Positions 10,091 through 18,524 are shown, numbered from the stretch's first letter. The stretch is DNA of 57,976 nucleotides from Gemmatimonadota bacterium (GCA_020344015.1 CP070812.1:4573990-4631965), one strand, 5' to 3'. Numbers and translations: made by a program. Notes: generated by a model from the sequence alone, not told the origin.

Positions 10091-10226
10091 TACGGCCTCC
10101 TAGCTCGTAATCGTAAGAGTCGGCGTGGGATAGCAGGTCTATCGCGAGAAACGGGAATGCCTCCTTGTCGGGGAATCGGCCTGGAGAAGGCCTCTGGGGC
10201 TGGGAGGCTGAAGCGATTCCCCGGAC

Positions 10227-10256
10227 ATTATGGCCGGGTCCTTCCCTCGGACGCAA
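10227..10256 (-). promoter_or_regulatory. Candidate sigma70 promoter for the AKR-gdh unit
   Basis: Minus strand TTGCGT-N18-CATAAT about 140 nt upstream of the AKR start. Confidence 0.4.
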
Positions 10257-10602
10257 GGAGATGCTTCCGACTGGGAACGGACCGGGCGGCTGCCGACGCA
10301 GGATGGCGCCGACAATCGTATGGTCGAGCGACCGGGATTCAACCCCCGATTACTGCCGGAAAGAGGGTAACGATCCGAAGGAGACGCGCGATTCTGACCG
10401 TGGCCGCGTCACAGCTGCTGGCGGCTTGCGCCAGCGCAGGGCGGCAGGTGACAACCGGGTCGACCGGTTGCGCGTTCTCGTCGTCGCTCACATCGTTGTG
10501 GACCTGCTTTCACGATAGGTGATTCTGCACGGCGTGGTGGTGCAGAATGCAACCGGCGCGCTACTGGTCGCGCCTTGTTTGACGATCAGAGGAGGAACCT
10601 CA

Positions 10603-10887
10603 ATGTCTGACGATACCCGGGAACGCCTACGCGACGCCCTGATGAAGGAGTTCCGTACGCGGGGCGGTTACTGGAACGTCAATCCCATTGCGCCTGGTGC
10701 CGGTGAGGCGCCGCCTGACCGCTGGCTACTCCGGATCCATTCACGCCCCATCGCCAAGGCCGAGCTGCGGGCCGATATCGCTGAGGCCTATCTCAACGAT
10801 CCTACGGATCCGGAGGCTGCAGCGGCTTGGGAACGGGAGGTGCAGGCGATTTTCGAGTACGCGAAAGCCACCGATGAGCTGCTCTGA
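10603..10887 (+). CDS. Hypothetical protein (94 aa)
   Basis: Strong RBS AGAGGAGGA before ATG 10603; high-GC codon usage. Confidence 0.75.
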   Translation: MSDDTRERLRDALMKEFRTRGGYWNVNPIAPGAGEAPPDRWLLRIHSRPIAKAELRADIAEAYLNDPTDPEAAAAWEREVQAIFEYAKATDELL

Positions 10888-11086
10888 GCGGGCGAAAAAC
10901 TTTGCAACCAAAGGATAGGGAGTTCCGGTCGAGGAGCTCCTCTCAGGCTGCCAGCCTCTCGCTCTAACTCCTTTAATCACAGCCAGTTGAATGTCGAGCC
11001 GCGGCGCCGGACCGGCTCGGCTCACCTCTTGCGTCCTCCCCGGGCAAGTGCCCAAGGCTCAGACGCAGGACGGAGGCGCGCTGGCA

Positions 11087-12046
11087 ATGTCAAAGGTCCA
11101 AGAGCGGTTCCCGGCGGATGCCGCAGGGACGTTTTCCCCGCCTGGGCCGGCGACCGTCACGGTTATCACGACCGATGAGGCGCTTGTGGCGGCGCTGTCG
11201 GGCGTTCTGCATTCAGACCGTTACCAACTCGAGCAGCGAACGCGGCCCGAACCGCTGGGCCGCTTTTTGGACGACCGGCGGAGCGACGCCGTGTTGCTCG
11301 ACTTGAGGTGGCTTCCGGTAAGCACGCGGATCGAGATCGGCAGGCAGCTTCGTGCGGCGCGCCGACGTCCGACGATGCCGCTGATCGGCATCTGCGATGT
11401 GCGTCTGTCTCTGGAAGGGCGGACGACGGCGTTGGCCGACGGGTTCTGGGACGTCATCGAGATGCCTTGCCAGGCGGCGGAGCTGGCGGCGAAGCTGGGG
11501 ACGTGGATCTGGCTCAAGCGGGATGTGGATGGGATTCAGTCGGGCATGCTGCTGGACATCAAGACGGGGCACTATACGGCGCTGGGGATCAAGCGTCGAT
11601 TGAGAGAGCTCGTCGCGCTGGCGCGGCGTATGAACGACCCGCTTTGTTGTATCGTGTTCGGGGTCGATCTTCCGCCCGACGACGTGAGGGTGCCCACCGA
11701 CCCGCTCTACGATATGGAGTTGAAGTTCTCGCTAGCGCTTCACCACGGGACACGCAACTCCGACGTGGTGGGACACCTCGAGTTCCTGAAGTTCATGGTG
11801 CTGGCGCCGCACACTCCGGCGGGTGGGGGCGTGCGCTTAGCGGAAAGGTTCACCTCGCTGTCGCTGTCGAAGCGGGTTGACGGTGAGTACCCCGTGACGT
11901 TGAGCGCCGGAATTGCCGGGATCGGAGGCAAGAACGGGCAGGTCCAGGCCTGCCCCGACCTGCTGCTGGTGGCCGCCAGCCGGGCGCTCAACGCGGCGCG
12001 CGCTGCTGGGACGGCCCAGGTTGCCGCAGCCTGGGGTGTAATGTGA
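11087..12046 (+). CDS. Receiver-like plus degenerate GGDEF domain protein
   Basis: DAVLLDL REC core, LLDIKTGHYT (D-x-x-T-G), TRNSDVVGHLEFLKF in place of RxxD....GGDEF, VTLSAGIA; RBS GGAGG before ATG 11087. Confidence 0.78.
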   Translation: MSKVQERFPADAAGTFSPPGPATVTVITTDEALVAALSGVLHSDRYQLEQRTRPEPLGRFLDDRRSDAVLLDLRWLPVSTRIEIGRQLRAARRRPTMPLIGICDVRLSLEGRTTALADGFWDVIEMPCQAAELAAKLGTWIWLKRDVDGIQSGMLLDIKTGHYTALGIKRRLRELVALARRMNDPLCCIVFGVDLPPDDVRVPTDPLYDMELKFSLALHHGTRNSDVVGHLEFLKFMVLAPHTPAGGGVRLAERFTSLSLSKRVDGEYPVTLSAGIAGIGGKNGQVQACPDLLLVAASRALNAARAAGTAQVAAAWGVM

Positions 12047-12067
12047 CCGACATAGGGAGTTAGTAAC

Positions 12068-12277
12068 ATGGCGGGCCAGAAGTCTAAAGCCGAACAGAAA
12101 CGACTGCGCGAGCTCGCGCGTCAGACGCTCGAAGCCTTCCGTGAACTGAACGCGGCTGCCGCAGAGACTGCGTTCGTGCGCAGCAGCGGTCCAAACGGTG
12201 AGAGCATGGCGCGCGCCGGCGAATTGCTCGAGTCCGTGATAGCCGAGCTTCGCGGAACGGCCAAGGTGCCCGGCTAG
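12068..12277 (+). CDS. Small helical hypothetical protein
   Basis: RBS AGGGAG upstream, 69 aa ORF filling the gap co-directionally. Confidence 0.6.
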   Translation: MAGQKSKAEQKRLRELARQTLEAFRELNAAAAETAFVRSSGPNGESMARAGELLESVIAELRGTAKVPG

Positions 12278-12371
12278 CCGGGCCGTCCCCGACCCCCTGA
12301 CATCCGCCGGGGCATCCTGCTAGGTTCCCTCCATCACTCGGAAGCCCGGCTGGCCCGACGTTGGGGGAAGG

Positions 12372-12797
12372 GTGAACGAACGAAGCTGGATCAAGACCGC
12401 AACACTAACCGCCCTGATCGTACTCTGCCTACCGGAGACGACCGCAGCACAGATCCCGTTCGAGATCCTTCAGGAAGATCTGCAGGCGGTCGACACGACC
12501 GCGATGCGCTGGTCGAACGTGCGAATGCACACGGGCGGCGTCGAGGGTGAGCTCAGCTACCGGGTTCTGGAGGTGAGCGAAGGCGGGTGCAAGGCGGTGG
12601 CTCTGCTCGGGGGCCTTCGGCTGCGCAACCTCTATCGTCGCGAGAACCAGAAAGACCCCGTCACGCTGCAATTGACGGCCCGCTGTCCCGGCTACCGTGC
12701 CGTCTTGGACTATGACGGCGTCGTCGCGCGCCTCGAGCTGCGCGACGGAGCCACCGGACGGCTCGTCTATCAAGGACGCACGCGCGGCTTTCCCTAG
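12372..12797 (+). CDS. Hypothetical secreted protein
   Basis: Sec-type signal ending TAA-Q; two Cys; RBS GGGGGAAGG. Confidence 0.7.
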   Translation: MNERSWIKTATLTALIVLCLPETTAAQIPFEILQEDLQAVDTTAMRWSNVRMHTGGVEGELSYRVLEVSEGGCKAVALLGGLRLRNLYRRENQKDPVTLQLTARCPGYRAVLDYDGVVARLELRDGATGRLVYQGRTRGFP

Positions 12798-12865
12798 AGC
12801 TTTCCAGCAAAGAGAACGCCGCAGCTCATCGCACCGCCGTTCTGGCCTTGGCGATGGCGGGGCGA

Positions 12866-13570
12866 CTACTCCCCGACTGCGTCGCCGAACTGCGGTAGCC
12901 TGATCCGTTCGGTCAGCGCACGCCGATCGAGGATGAGGAAGTGATGGTTACGGCTGTCCACCAGCCCCTGGCGCTTGAACTCGGCCAGAACGGTAGTCAC
13001 CGTTTCCCGCGTCGACCCGATCAGGTCGGCCATCTCCTGGTGCGTGAACCAGTAGGGCACCTCGATCCCGCGCTCGTTTTCCGAGCCATAGCGATCGGCC
13101 AACCAGATGATCGTGCCGGCGAGCCGTGAGGGGACGTCGAGGAAGGCGAGCATCTTGATCCGCTCGTCCACGTGGGTCATGACCTCGGCGGCGTAACGGA
13201 GCAGGGCGCGGGTCAGCCCGGGGTCGCGGGCGAGCAGCTCCCGCAACGCTTCGGCGTCGATCGAGAGCAACTCGCTGCTCTCCGCGGCGGTGGCCGACAG
13301 GACCCGGTAGGGCATGCCCGCCAGTGCTTCCAGCCCGAACAGCTCACCTTCAGCGGCAAAGCTGACCGTGATGCCGCGGTCTTCCCAATCGCGATCGCGA
13401 AGTCGGGCACGGCCCCGGACCACGACGTACAGCGTGTCGGCGGGCTGGCCCAGCTCGTAGACGCCTTCATTCTTTCGGTAGCTGCGCACCGAGCCGATCG
13501 CCCGCAACGCATCCACCTGCGAGGCGGAGAGGCTCTTAAGAACTGCCATCGGCCGCTGCCCGAATCGCAT
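12866..13570 (-). CDS. Crp/Fnr family transcriptional regulator
   Basis: GQPADTLYVVVRG, GELFGLEAL cNMP domain, FTHQEMADLIGSTRETVTTVL HTH; RBS AAGGAG before ATG 13570. Confidence 0.93.
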   Translation of the reverse strand: MRFGQRPMAVLKSLSASQVDALRAIGSVRSYRKNEGVYELGQPADTLYVVVRGRARLRDRDWEDRGITVSFAAEGELFGLEALAGMPYRVLSATAAESSELLSIDAEALRELLARDPGLTRALLRYAAEVMTHVDERIKMLAFLDVPSRLAGTIIWLADRYGSENERGIEVPYWFTHQEMADLIGSTRETVTTVLAEFKRQGLVDSRNHHFLILDRRALTERIRLPQFGDAVGE

Positions 13571-13695
13571 AGCCGACTCCTTCTCCAAGATAGTTGGTGG
13601 GACGGCGCTCTTACCCTAGCGCCGGCCGCACGCCTTGGCAATGGGGACCGTAGGGTCTCCTACAATATAGGGAAGGCAGGCGGGCGCAAACCAGT

Positions 13696-13852
13696 CGGGA
13701 TTTTGGGATTCGGGGATTCGGGGATTCGGCGGATGGGGATTTGGGAAGTGGGAATCCGGGAATCCGTGGAATCCGTGGAATCGGGGATTCGGGGATTCAA
13801 AAGGAAGACACGAACGCGCGAACCCCCGAAGACCCGAATCCCCAACTCTCGA
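13696..13852. repeat. Short tandem repeat element: (GGGGATTC)n arm, GGAATCCGT core, (CCCGAATC)-like return arm
   Basis: Degenerate 8- and 9-mer units read directly; second copy at 47667-47852. Confidence 0.85.
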
Positions 13853-13857
13853 AGCGG

Positions 13858-13883
13858 TGAACCTTTTCTCTCGTTCGGGCGTT
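13858..13883 (+). promoter_or_regulatory. Candidate ECF (SigH/SigR-type) autoregulatory promoter
   Basis: TGAAC-N18-GTT, 66 nt upstream of the ECF sigma gene; resembles the GGAAY-N18-GTT consensus. Confidence 0.6.
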
Positions 13884-13949
13884 GCAGAGAGTGAAATCGC
13901 AGGCTAGATAGGGGGCGAGAGCCCTGACTCCAACCATCTGAAGTGACTG

Positions 13950-14504
13950 ATGGGAGAAGACAGTAGCGGCAAGCAGAAGGAGTTCGAGAGTGAGGCGCTG
14001 GTCCATCTGGACACCCTATACAACGTTGCGCTTCGCCTCACCGGGAACGCCTCAGATGCCGAGGACCTCGTCCAGGACACTGTGACGAAGGCGTATCGGG
14101 CCTGGGACAAGTATGAGGCCGGTACAAACTGTCGCGCCTGGCTCGTGACGATCATGCGGAACACGTTCATCAACCAGTTCCGCCGTCGCAGCAAGCAACC
14201 GAGCCCGGTCCAATTCGACGCGGTTGAAGACATTTCGGTATTCGAGGAGGTCCAGGAGCGGGATCCGGAGGGGTCTTTCTTCCATTCCATCGTCGACGAG
14301 GAAGTGAAGCGTGCGATACAGGAGCTGCCGGAGGAGTTCCGCATGCCGGTCATTTTGAGCGACGTCGAGGGGTTGAGCTACGCCGAGATCGCCGAGATCC
14401 TCGAGCTGCCGGTTGGCACAGTGAAGTCGCGTCTGTTCCGTGGACGGCGCCGTCTGCAGCAGCGGCTGTACGAATACGCAACGGAAATGGGTTACATCAG
14501 ATGA
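13950..14504 (+). CDS. ECF sigma-70 factor, SigH/SigR-like
   Basis: ALRLTGNASDAEDLVQDT, GTNCRAWLVTIMRNTFIN, LPEEFR..VILSDVEGLSYAEIAEILELPVGTVKSRLFRGRR. Confidence 0.95.
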   Translation: MGEDSSGKQKEFESEALVHLDTLYNVALRLTGNASDAEDLVQDTVTKAYRAWDKYEAGTNCRAWLVTIMRNTFINQFRRRSKQPSPVQFDAVEDISVFEEVQERDPEGSFFHSIVDEEVKRAIQELPEEFRMPVILSDVEGLSYAEIAEILELPVGTVKSRLFRGRRRLQQRLYEYATEMGYIR

Positions 14505-14791
14505 CGGGGTTCATCAGGGACATAATGGAAAAGATGATGCCGCAGCCTGGCGGTATCGATTGCGGCGGAGTCATGGCGCAGCTCTATGAGTACCTCGACG
14601 GGGAGTTGGATGACCCGGCACTACAGGAGAAGATTCGAGCGCACCTAGAGAAATGCCGGAGGTGCTATCCGCGCTACAACTTCGAGAAGGCATTCCTGCG
14701 CTTCGTGTCCGACCGGGGTCACACGAGCGCGCCTCCGGAGCTGCGGCGCAAGATCTTCCAGACCCTCCTCGAAGAGGAGGGCCACGACTGA
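14501..14791 (+). CDS. Soluble zinc-binding anti-sigma factor (zf-HC2, RsrA/RshA-like)
   Basis: C..V...LYEYLDGEL, HLEKCRRC (HxxxCxxC), APPELRRKI; no TM; overlaps sigma stop. Confidence 0.9.
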   Translation: MTGFIRDIMEKMMPQPGGIDCGGVMAQLYEYLDGELDDPALQEKIRAHLEKCRRCYPRYNFEKAFLRFVSDRGHTSAPPELRRKIFQTLLEEEGHD

Positions 14792-14871
14792 GCCTGGGAT
14801 CCCCTCCCAGCCCGCAGTAAGCCCGTCTTGCCGCTACATGCACTCCGAGGGTATGCTGGTCGGTAGACATC

Positions 14872-15060
14872 ATGAGCGAGAAGAAACGTCTCTATCGGGT
14901 AACGATCCGCTACCTGGGCCAGGTCCAGCAATACGAGGTGTTCGAAGTCGAAGCCGCCGACCTGCGCGAGGCACTCATCGCGGCGGCCGAGCGCTTCGGC
15001 GACGTGCTTGCCGAGTCCGCGGACCTGATCGAGATCAGGGTTTCGAATCCAGCAGAGTGA
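14872..15060 (+). CDS. Small hypothetical protein (62 aa)
   Basis: Plausible beta-beta-alpha-beta pattern; TTGCCG-N18-TATGCT at 14828-14857 upstream; ends 9 nt before next gene. Confidence 0.7.
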   Translation: MSEKKRLYRVTIRYLGQVQQYEVFEVEAADLREALIAAAERFGDVLAESADLIEIRVSNPAE

Positions 15061-15069
15061 GTTGCTCAG

Positions 15070-16251
15070 GTGCAGCGGTATCCCGCGTTTGACCCGCCCG
15101 AATACGTCGATTGGTCGCCCGATCCGGAGGTCATGCGGCAGTTCCGTGCGACGATCGAAGCAGACTCCGGCAGGCGCGACTGCGTCGAGCGGCTGAGCGT
15201 CGAGCGGTTGGTGGCTCTTTATGCTGGGATGGTCCGGTTCCGCCTGCACGACATCTTCCTCAAGCGCTGGGTCCGTCAGGGCGTGATCTCGAAAGCGTGG
15301 CTGGGCACTGGCGAGGAGGCGACGACTGTGGGTCCGGTCCACGCGCTCGACCGCGGTGGTGAGGAAGGCGACATCGTAGGCCCGATGATCCGCAACGCCG
15401 GTGCCTGCCACGAGATGGGCATGTCGGTGGCGGACATGTTCCGGGGGTATCTAGCCACGGCCGACTCGCCGACTCGCGGGCGCGACCTTCATATCGGCGG
15501 GCGCGAGTACGGTGTGATCACCCCTGTCAGCCTGGTGGGCAGCCTCGCACCGGTGATCGCAGGACTCGGGTTGGCTTTTCGCTTGCAGGGATCCAAGCGG
15601 CTGGCGCTCACCTGGGTGGGCGACGGCGCGACGAAGACGGGTGAAGTGCACGAGGCGTTCAATCTGGCGGCGGTGCAGCGGCTGCCCGTCATCTTCATCA
15701 TTCAGAACAACCAGGTGGCGCTGGGCACACTACTGGATGACCACCACGCCGGCGCGGACTTCTCCGAGTGGGCGCGGGTCTATGGGGCTGCATGTGCCGC
15801 GTTCGACGGCAACAATGTGTTGGACGCTCATGCCGCCACGCGTTGGGCGGTCGAGAAGTGCCGCTCGGGCGAGGGCCCTGTCCTGCTTTCAGCCGAGACG
15901 TTCCGGATGGGAGGCCATGCGACGCACGACGAGGCTGAGGCGCGGGAACTGTTCCCCCCCGAGACCTTCGCTTTCTGGGGGCGCCGCGATCCGATCGGCT
16001 GTTACGAGACATGGCTGCTGGAGGGGGCGCTCGACCTGAGTACGGGCGAGCCGGTGGCGCCGGGCTCGGCAGTGGAATCGAACCGCGCCGTCTTAGCGGA
16101 GGCCGAGGCGGCTGTCACGGCCGAGATAGAATCGGCCGCCGAAGAGGCGCTGGCCAGCCGGACCGACATGCCGGCCGCGGAGAGCGCCGTCGAGGGGGTA
16201 TACGGCGAGTGGCCGGACACGAGCAATCCAGGTCCGGCGCCGTTCTATTGA
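15070..16251 (+). CDS. TPP-dependent 2-oxoacid dehydrogenase E1 alpha-like subunit
   Basis: GEEA, WVGDGATKTGEVHEAFNLA..LPVIFIIQNNQ TPP motif, DGNNV, FRMGGHATHD, RDPI. Confidence 0.9.
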   Translation: MQRYPAFDPPEYVDWSPDPEVMRQFRATIEADSGRRDCVERLSVERLVALYAGMVRFRLHDIFLKRWVRQGVISKAWLGTGEEATTVGPVHALDRGGEEGDIVGPMIRNAGACHEMGMSVADMFRGYLATADSPTRGRDLHIGGREYGVITPVSLVGSLAPVIAGLGLAFRLQGSKRLALTWVGDGATKTGEVHEAFNLAAVQRLPVIFIIQNNQVALGTLLDDHHAGADFSEWARVYGAACAAFDGNNVLDAHAATRWAVEKCRSGEGPVLLSAETFRMGGHATHDEAEARELFPPETFAFWGRRDPIGCYETWLLEGALDLSTGEPVAPGSAVESNRAVLAEAEAAVTAEIESAAEEALASRTDMPAAESAVEGVYGEWPDTSNPGPAPFY

Positions 16252-16282
16252 GACAATCAGACAAACGAGAGCACAGACTACC

Positions 16283-17347
16283 ATGAAGGCGAACTCGGTG
16301 GAGTTCTTCAAGAACCTGCTGGCCCTGCCTGGACCGTCCGGATTCGAAAGCGCGCCGGCGAACGCCTGGCGCGACGAGGCTCAGCAGTTCGCTGATCGTG
16401 TCTGGGGCGACGTCGCCGGTAATAGTTTCGCGGCAGTCAATCCAGAAGGAGCGCCCCGTGTCATGATGGCAGGCCACATCGATGAGATCGGCCTGATGAT
16501 CAATCACATCGATGATGACGGCTTCCTCTATTTCTCCACCATCGGTGGCTGGGATCCCGAGATCATCGTAGGCCAGCGTGTCGAGATCCTCACGCGCAGC
16601 GGCGCAATCCGTGGCGTGATAGGTAAGAAGGCGATCCACTTGCAGGAAAAGGACGACCGCGATCGAGCGTCGAAGGTCAAGGACCTCTGGATCGACATCG
16701 GCGCCCGCGACGGAGCGGAGGCGCGGGAATTGGCGCGCGTCGGCGACGCAGCCGTGCTGGCCGCCGATGTTGTGGAACTGCCGCACGGGCGTATCGCGTC
16801 GCGTAGCATCGACAACCGGATGGGCGCGCTGGTAGCGCTCGAGGCTCTTCGCCGGCTGGCCGCCGCTCGGCCGGCGGCGGCGGCCGTGGCCGTGGCGACG
16901 GCCCAGGAAGAGATCGGCGTCGGGGGAGGCGGTGCGCGGCCCGGAGCCTTCGGACTCGACCCGCAGGTCGCCATCGTCATCGATGTGACCCACGCGACCG
17001 ACTACCCGGGCGCTGAGAAAAAGGGTTACGGCGATCATCGCCTAGGTGGTGGCCCGGTTCTCAGCCGGGGCTCGGCCGTTAACCCGCTGCTGTTCGAGCG
17101 CTTGGTCGAGGTGGCGGAGCGTGAGAAGATCGCTTTCTCCATCGAGGCGACACCGAGCAGGACGAGCACCGATGCCGACAGCATCGTGACAGCGCGGATG
17201 GGCATAGCGACGGCTCTTGTGTCGGTACCCAACCGCTACATGCATTCACCGAACGAGATGGTGGCGCTGGAGGACCTCGAGCGGGCGGCGGAACTGATCG
17301 CGGCGACGGTTAGAAGCCTCTCAGAGAGTGACAGCTTCGTGCCCTGA
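16283..17347 (+). CDS. M42 family metallo-aminopeptidase
   Basis: GPSGFE, AGHIDEIG, IDNRMG, QEEIG, IDVTH, TDAD, RYMHSPNE. Confidence 0.93.
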   Translation: MKANSVEFFKNLLALPGPSGFESAPANAWRDEAQQFADRVWGDVAGNSFAAVNPEGAPRVMMAGHIDEIGLMINHIDDDGFLYFSTIGGWDPEIIVGQRVEILTRSGAIRGVIGKKAIHLQEKDDRDRASKVKDLWIDIGARDGAEARELARVGDAAVLAADVVELPHGRIASRSIDNRMGALVALEALRRLAAARPAAAAVAVATAQEEIGVGGGGARPGAFGLDPQVAIVIDVTHATDYPGAEKKGYGDHRLGGGPVLSRGSAVNPLLFERLVEVAEREKIAFSIEATPSRTSTDADSIVTARMGIATALVSVPNRYMHSPNEMVALEDLERAAELIAATVRSLSESDSFVP

Positions 17348-17411
17348 CGTCGCAGTGAACGCTGATCGGCAGTCGCCTTCAGCGTACGCCGTTCTTCGAT
17401 CAGGCGCTGTC

Positions 17412-17449
17412 TCGATGTTTGATGTTGGATCTTCGACGTCCGACGTTCG
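17412..17449. repeat. Heptamer tandem repeat, TCGA(T/C)GT-like x5
   Basis: tcgatgt ttgatgt tggatct tcgacgt ccgacgt between convergent genes. Confidence 0.6.
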
Positions 17450-17457
17450 CTACAACA

Positions 17458-17736
17458 CTAGTCCGAAGTGTCCTTCCTCACGTCGTTCAGTTCATCGGAC
17501 CGGTAGACCGGGACATCCATCGAGGTGCTCCGCTCGTAGAGCTCGAGCAGCTGCTTCTTGGAAAGCTTGTCGACGTCGCCCTGCGAGGAGAAACTATCCT
17601 CGGGCACCTCGACGACACGGTACGGGCGCTGGCCCGTGGGCTGGCTGAGAAAAAGGACCAGACGCATACCCGGGCGCGGCCGTTCCTGGCCCAGGCGCGC
17701 CTTCCAGACGTCACCGTCGACTTTGATCTTGGCCAT
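17458..17736 (-). CDS. Small hypothetical protein (92 aa)
   Basis: ATG 17736 with GGAG RBS right after the DtxR stop. Confidence 0.7.
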   Translation of the reverse strand: MAKIKVDGDVWKARLGQERPRPGMRLVLFLSQPTGQRPYRVVEVPEDSFSSQGDVDKLSKKQLLELYERSTSMDVPVYRSDELNDVRKDTSD

Positions 17737-17746
17737 AATCTCCGAT

Positions 17747-18466
17747 TTAGTTGTTGGCGGCGTCATCGCTTGCGCCGCCATCGTTTGCCTCGTCCTGCAA
17801 TTCTACCCTGACGATCTCTGCCAAACCGCGGCCGAGCGAGCGCTCGCGCCCGCCTACACGCACGCGGATCGGCCCCTCAAAGGGCTCGTGCTCCATGACT
17901 TCGACCAGAGTGCCGGGGTAAAGACCCAACTCTGCAAGGTAGCGAAGCCGCCCTTCGTCTGCATCGCTCACTTCTTGGACGATCACGCTCGCACCCGCGC
18001 TCACCTCGGATAGCGCCGGGTGCCTCAGCTCGGTTACCTCTCCCTTGGCCGTCGGGATCGGGGAGCCGTGTGGGTCCAGCTCGGGGTGGCCCAGCACTTC
18101 CGCCATCCGCTCCACGAGTTCGTCCGATGCGGAGTGCTCGAGACGCTCGGCCTCGGCATGCACACGGTCCCAAGAGTAGCCCAACTTCTCGATCAGATAG
18201 GCCTCGATCACTCTATGTCGCCGGATGATCCGCAGCGCCTCTAGCTCACCCGCCTCGCTCAAGCGCACACCGTGGTAGGGCTCGTAATCCACGAGGCCGC
18301 GCTCCGCCAGGCTCTTGATCATGTTGGTCACCGAGGCCGGTGAGCGATCGAGCAGCTGGGCGAGGGCCGTGGTGCTCACCGGCGAGCTCTCCCGCTGGAG
18401 ATGCCGGATCGCCTTCAAGTAGTCCTCAACGGCGTGGGACGGGTCGCCACTTTGCCTTGTCGCCAT
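17747..18466 (-). CDS. DtxR/MntR family metal-dependent repressor with C-terminal FeoA domain
   Basis: VEDYLKAI, SPASVTNMIK, RRHRVIEAYL..LGYSWDRVHAEAERLEH, DPHGSPIP, LRYLAELGLYPG. Confidence 0.95.
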   Translation of the reverse strand: MATRQSGDPSHAVEDYLKAIRHLQRESSPVSTTALAQLLDRSPASVTNMIKSLAERGLVDYEPYHGVRLSEAGELEALRIIRRHRVIEAYLIEKLGYSWDRVHAEAERLEHSASDELVERMAEVLGHPELDPHGSPIPTAKGEVTELRHPALSEVSAGASVIVQEVSDADEGRLRYLAELGLYPGTLVEVMEHEPFEGPIRVRVGGRERSLGRGLAEIVRVELQDEANDGGASDDAANN

Positions 18467-18469
18467 AAT

Positions 18470-18487
18470 TTTTCGTCCGGGCTAAAA
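18470..18487. promoter_or_regulatory. Palindromic DtxR/MntR-type operator (autoregulation)
   Basis: TTTTCGTCCGGGCTAAAA imperfect palindrome 3 nt before the start codon, overlapping the -10 of minus-strand TTGACA-N17-GACTTT (18513-18485). Confidence 0.7.
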
Positions 18488-18524
18488 GTCGGCCGCCCCC
18501 CCGGGCGTGTCAATCCGGCTTCCG

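Noticed and set aside
9644-10522. 292-aa plus-strand ORF
   Set aside because: Mostly antisense to the AKR gene and crosses its promoter region; only the short lipobox-like tail is noted as a possible remnant
13696-13852. Repeat clusters (also 47667-47852, 29751-29852) as CRISPR arrays
   Set aside because: Units are 7-9 nt, contiguous and degenerate, with no unique spacers and no cas genes in the window
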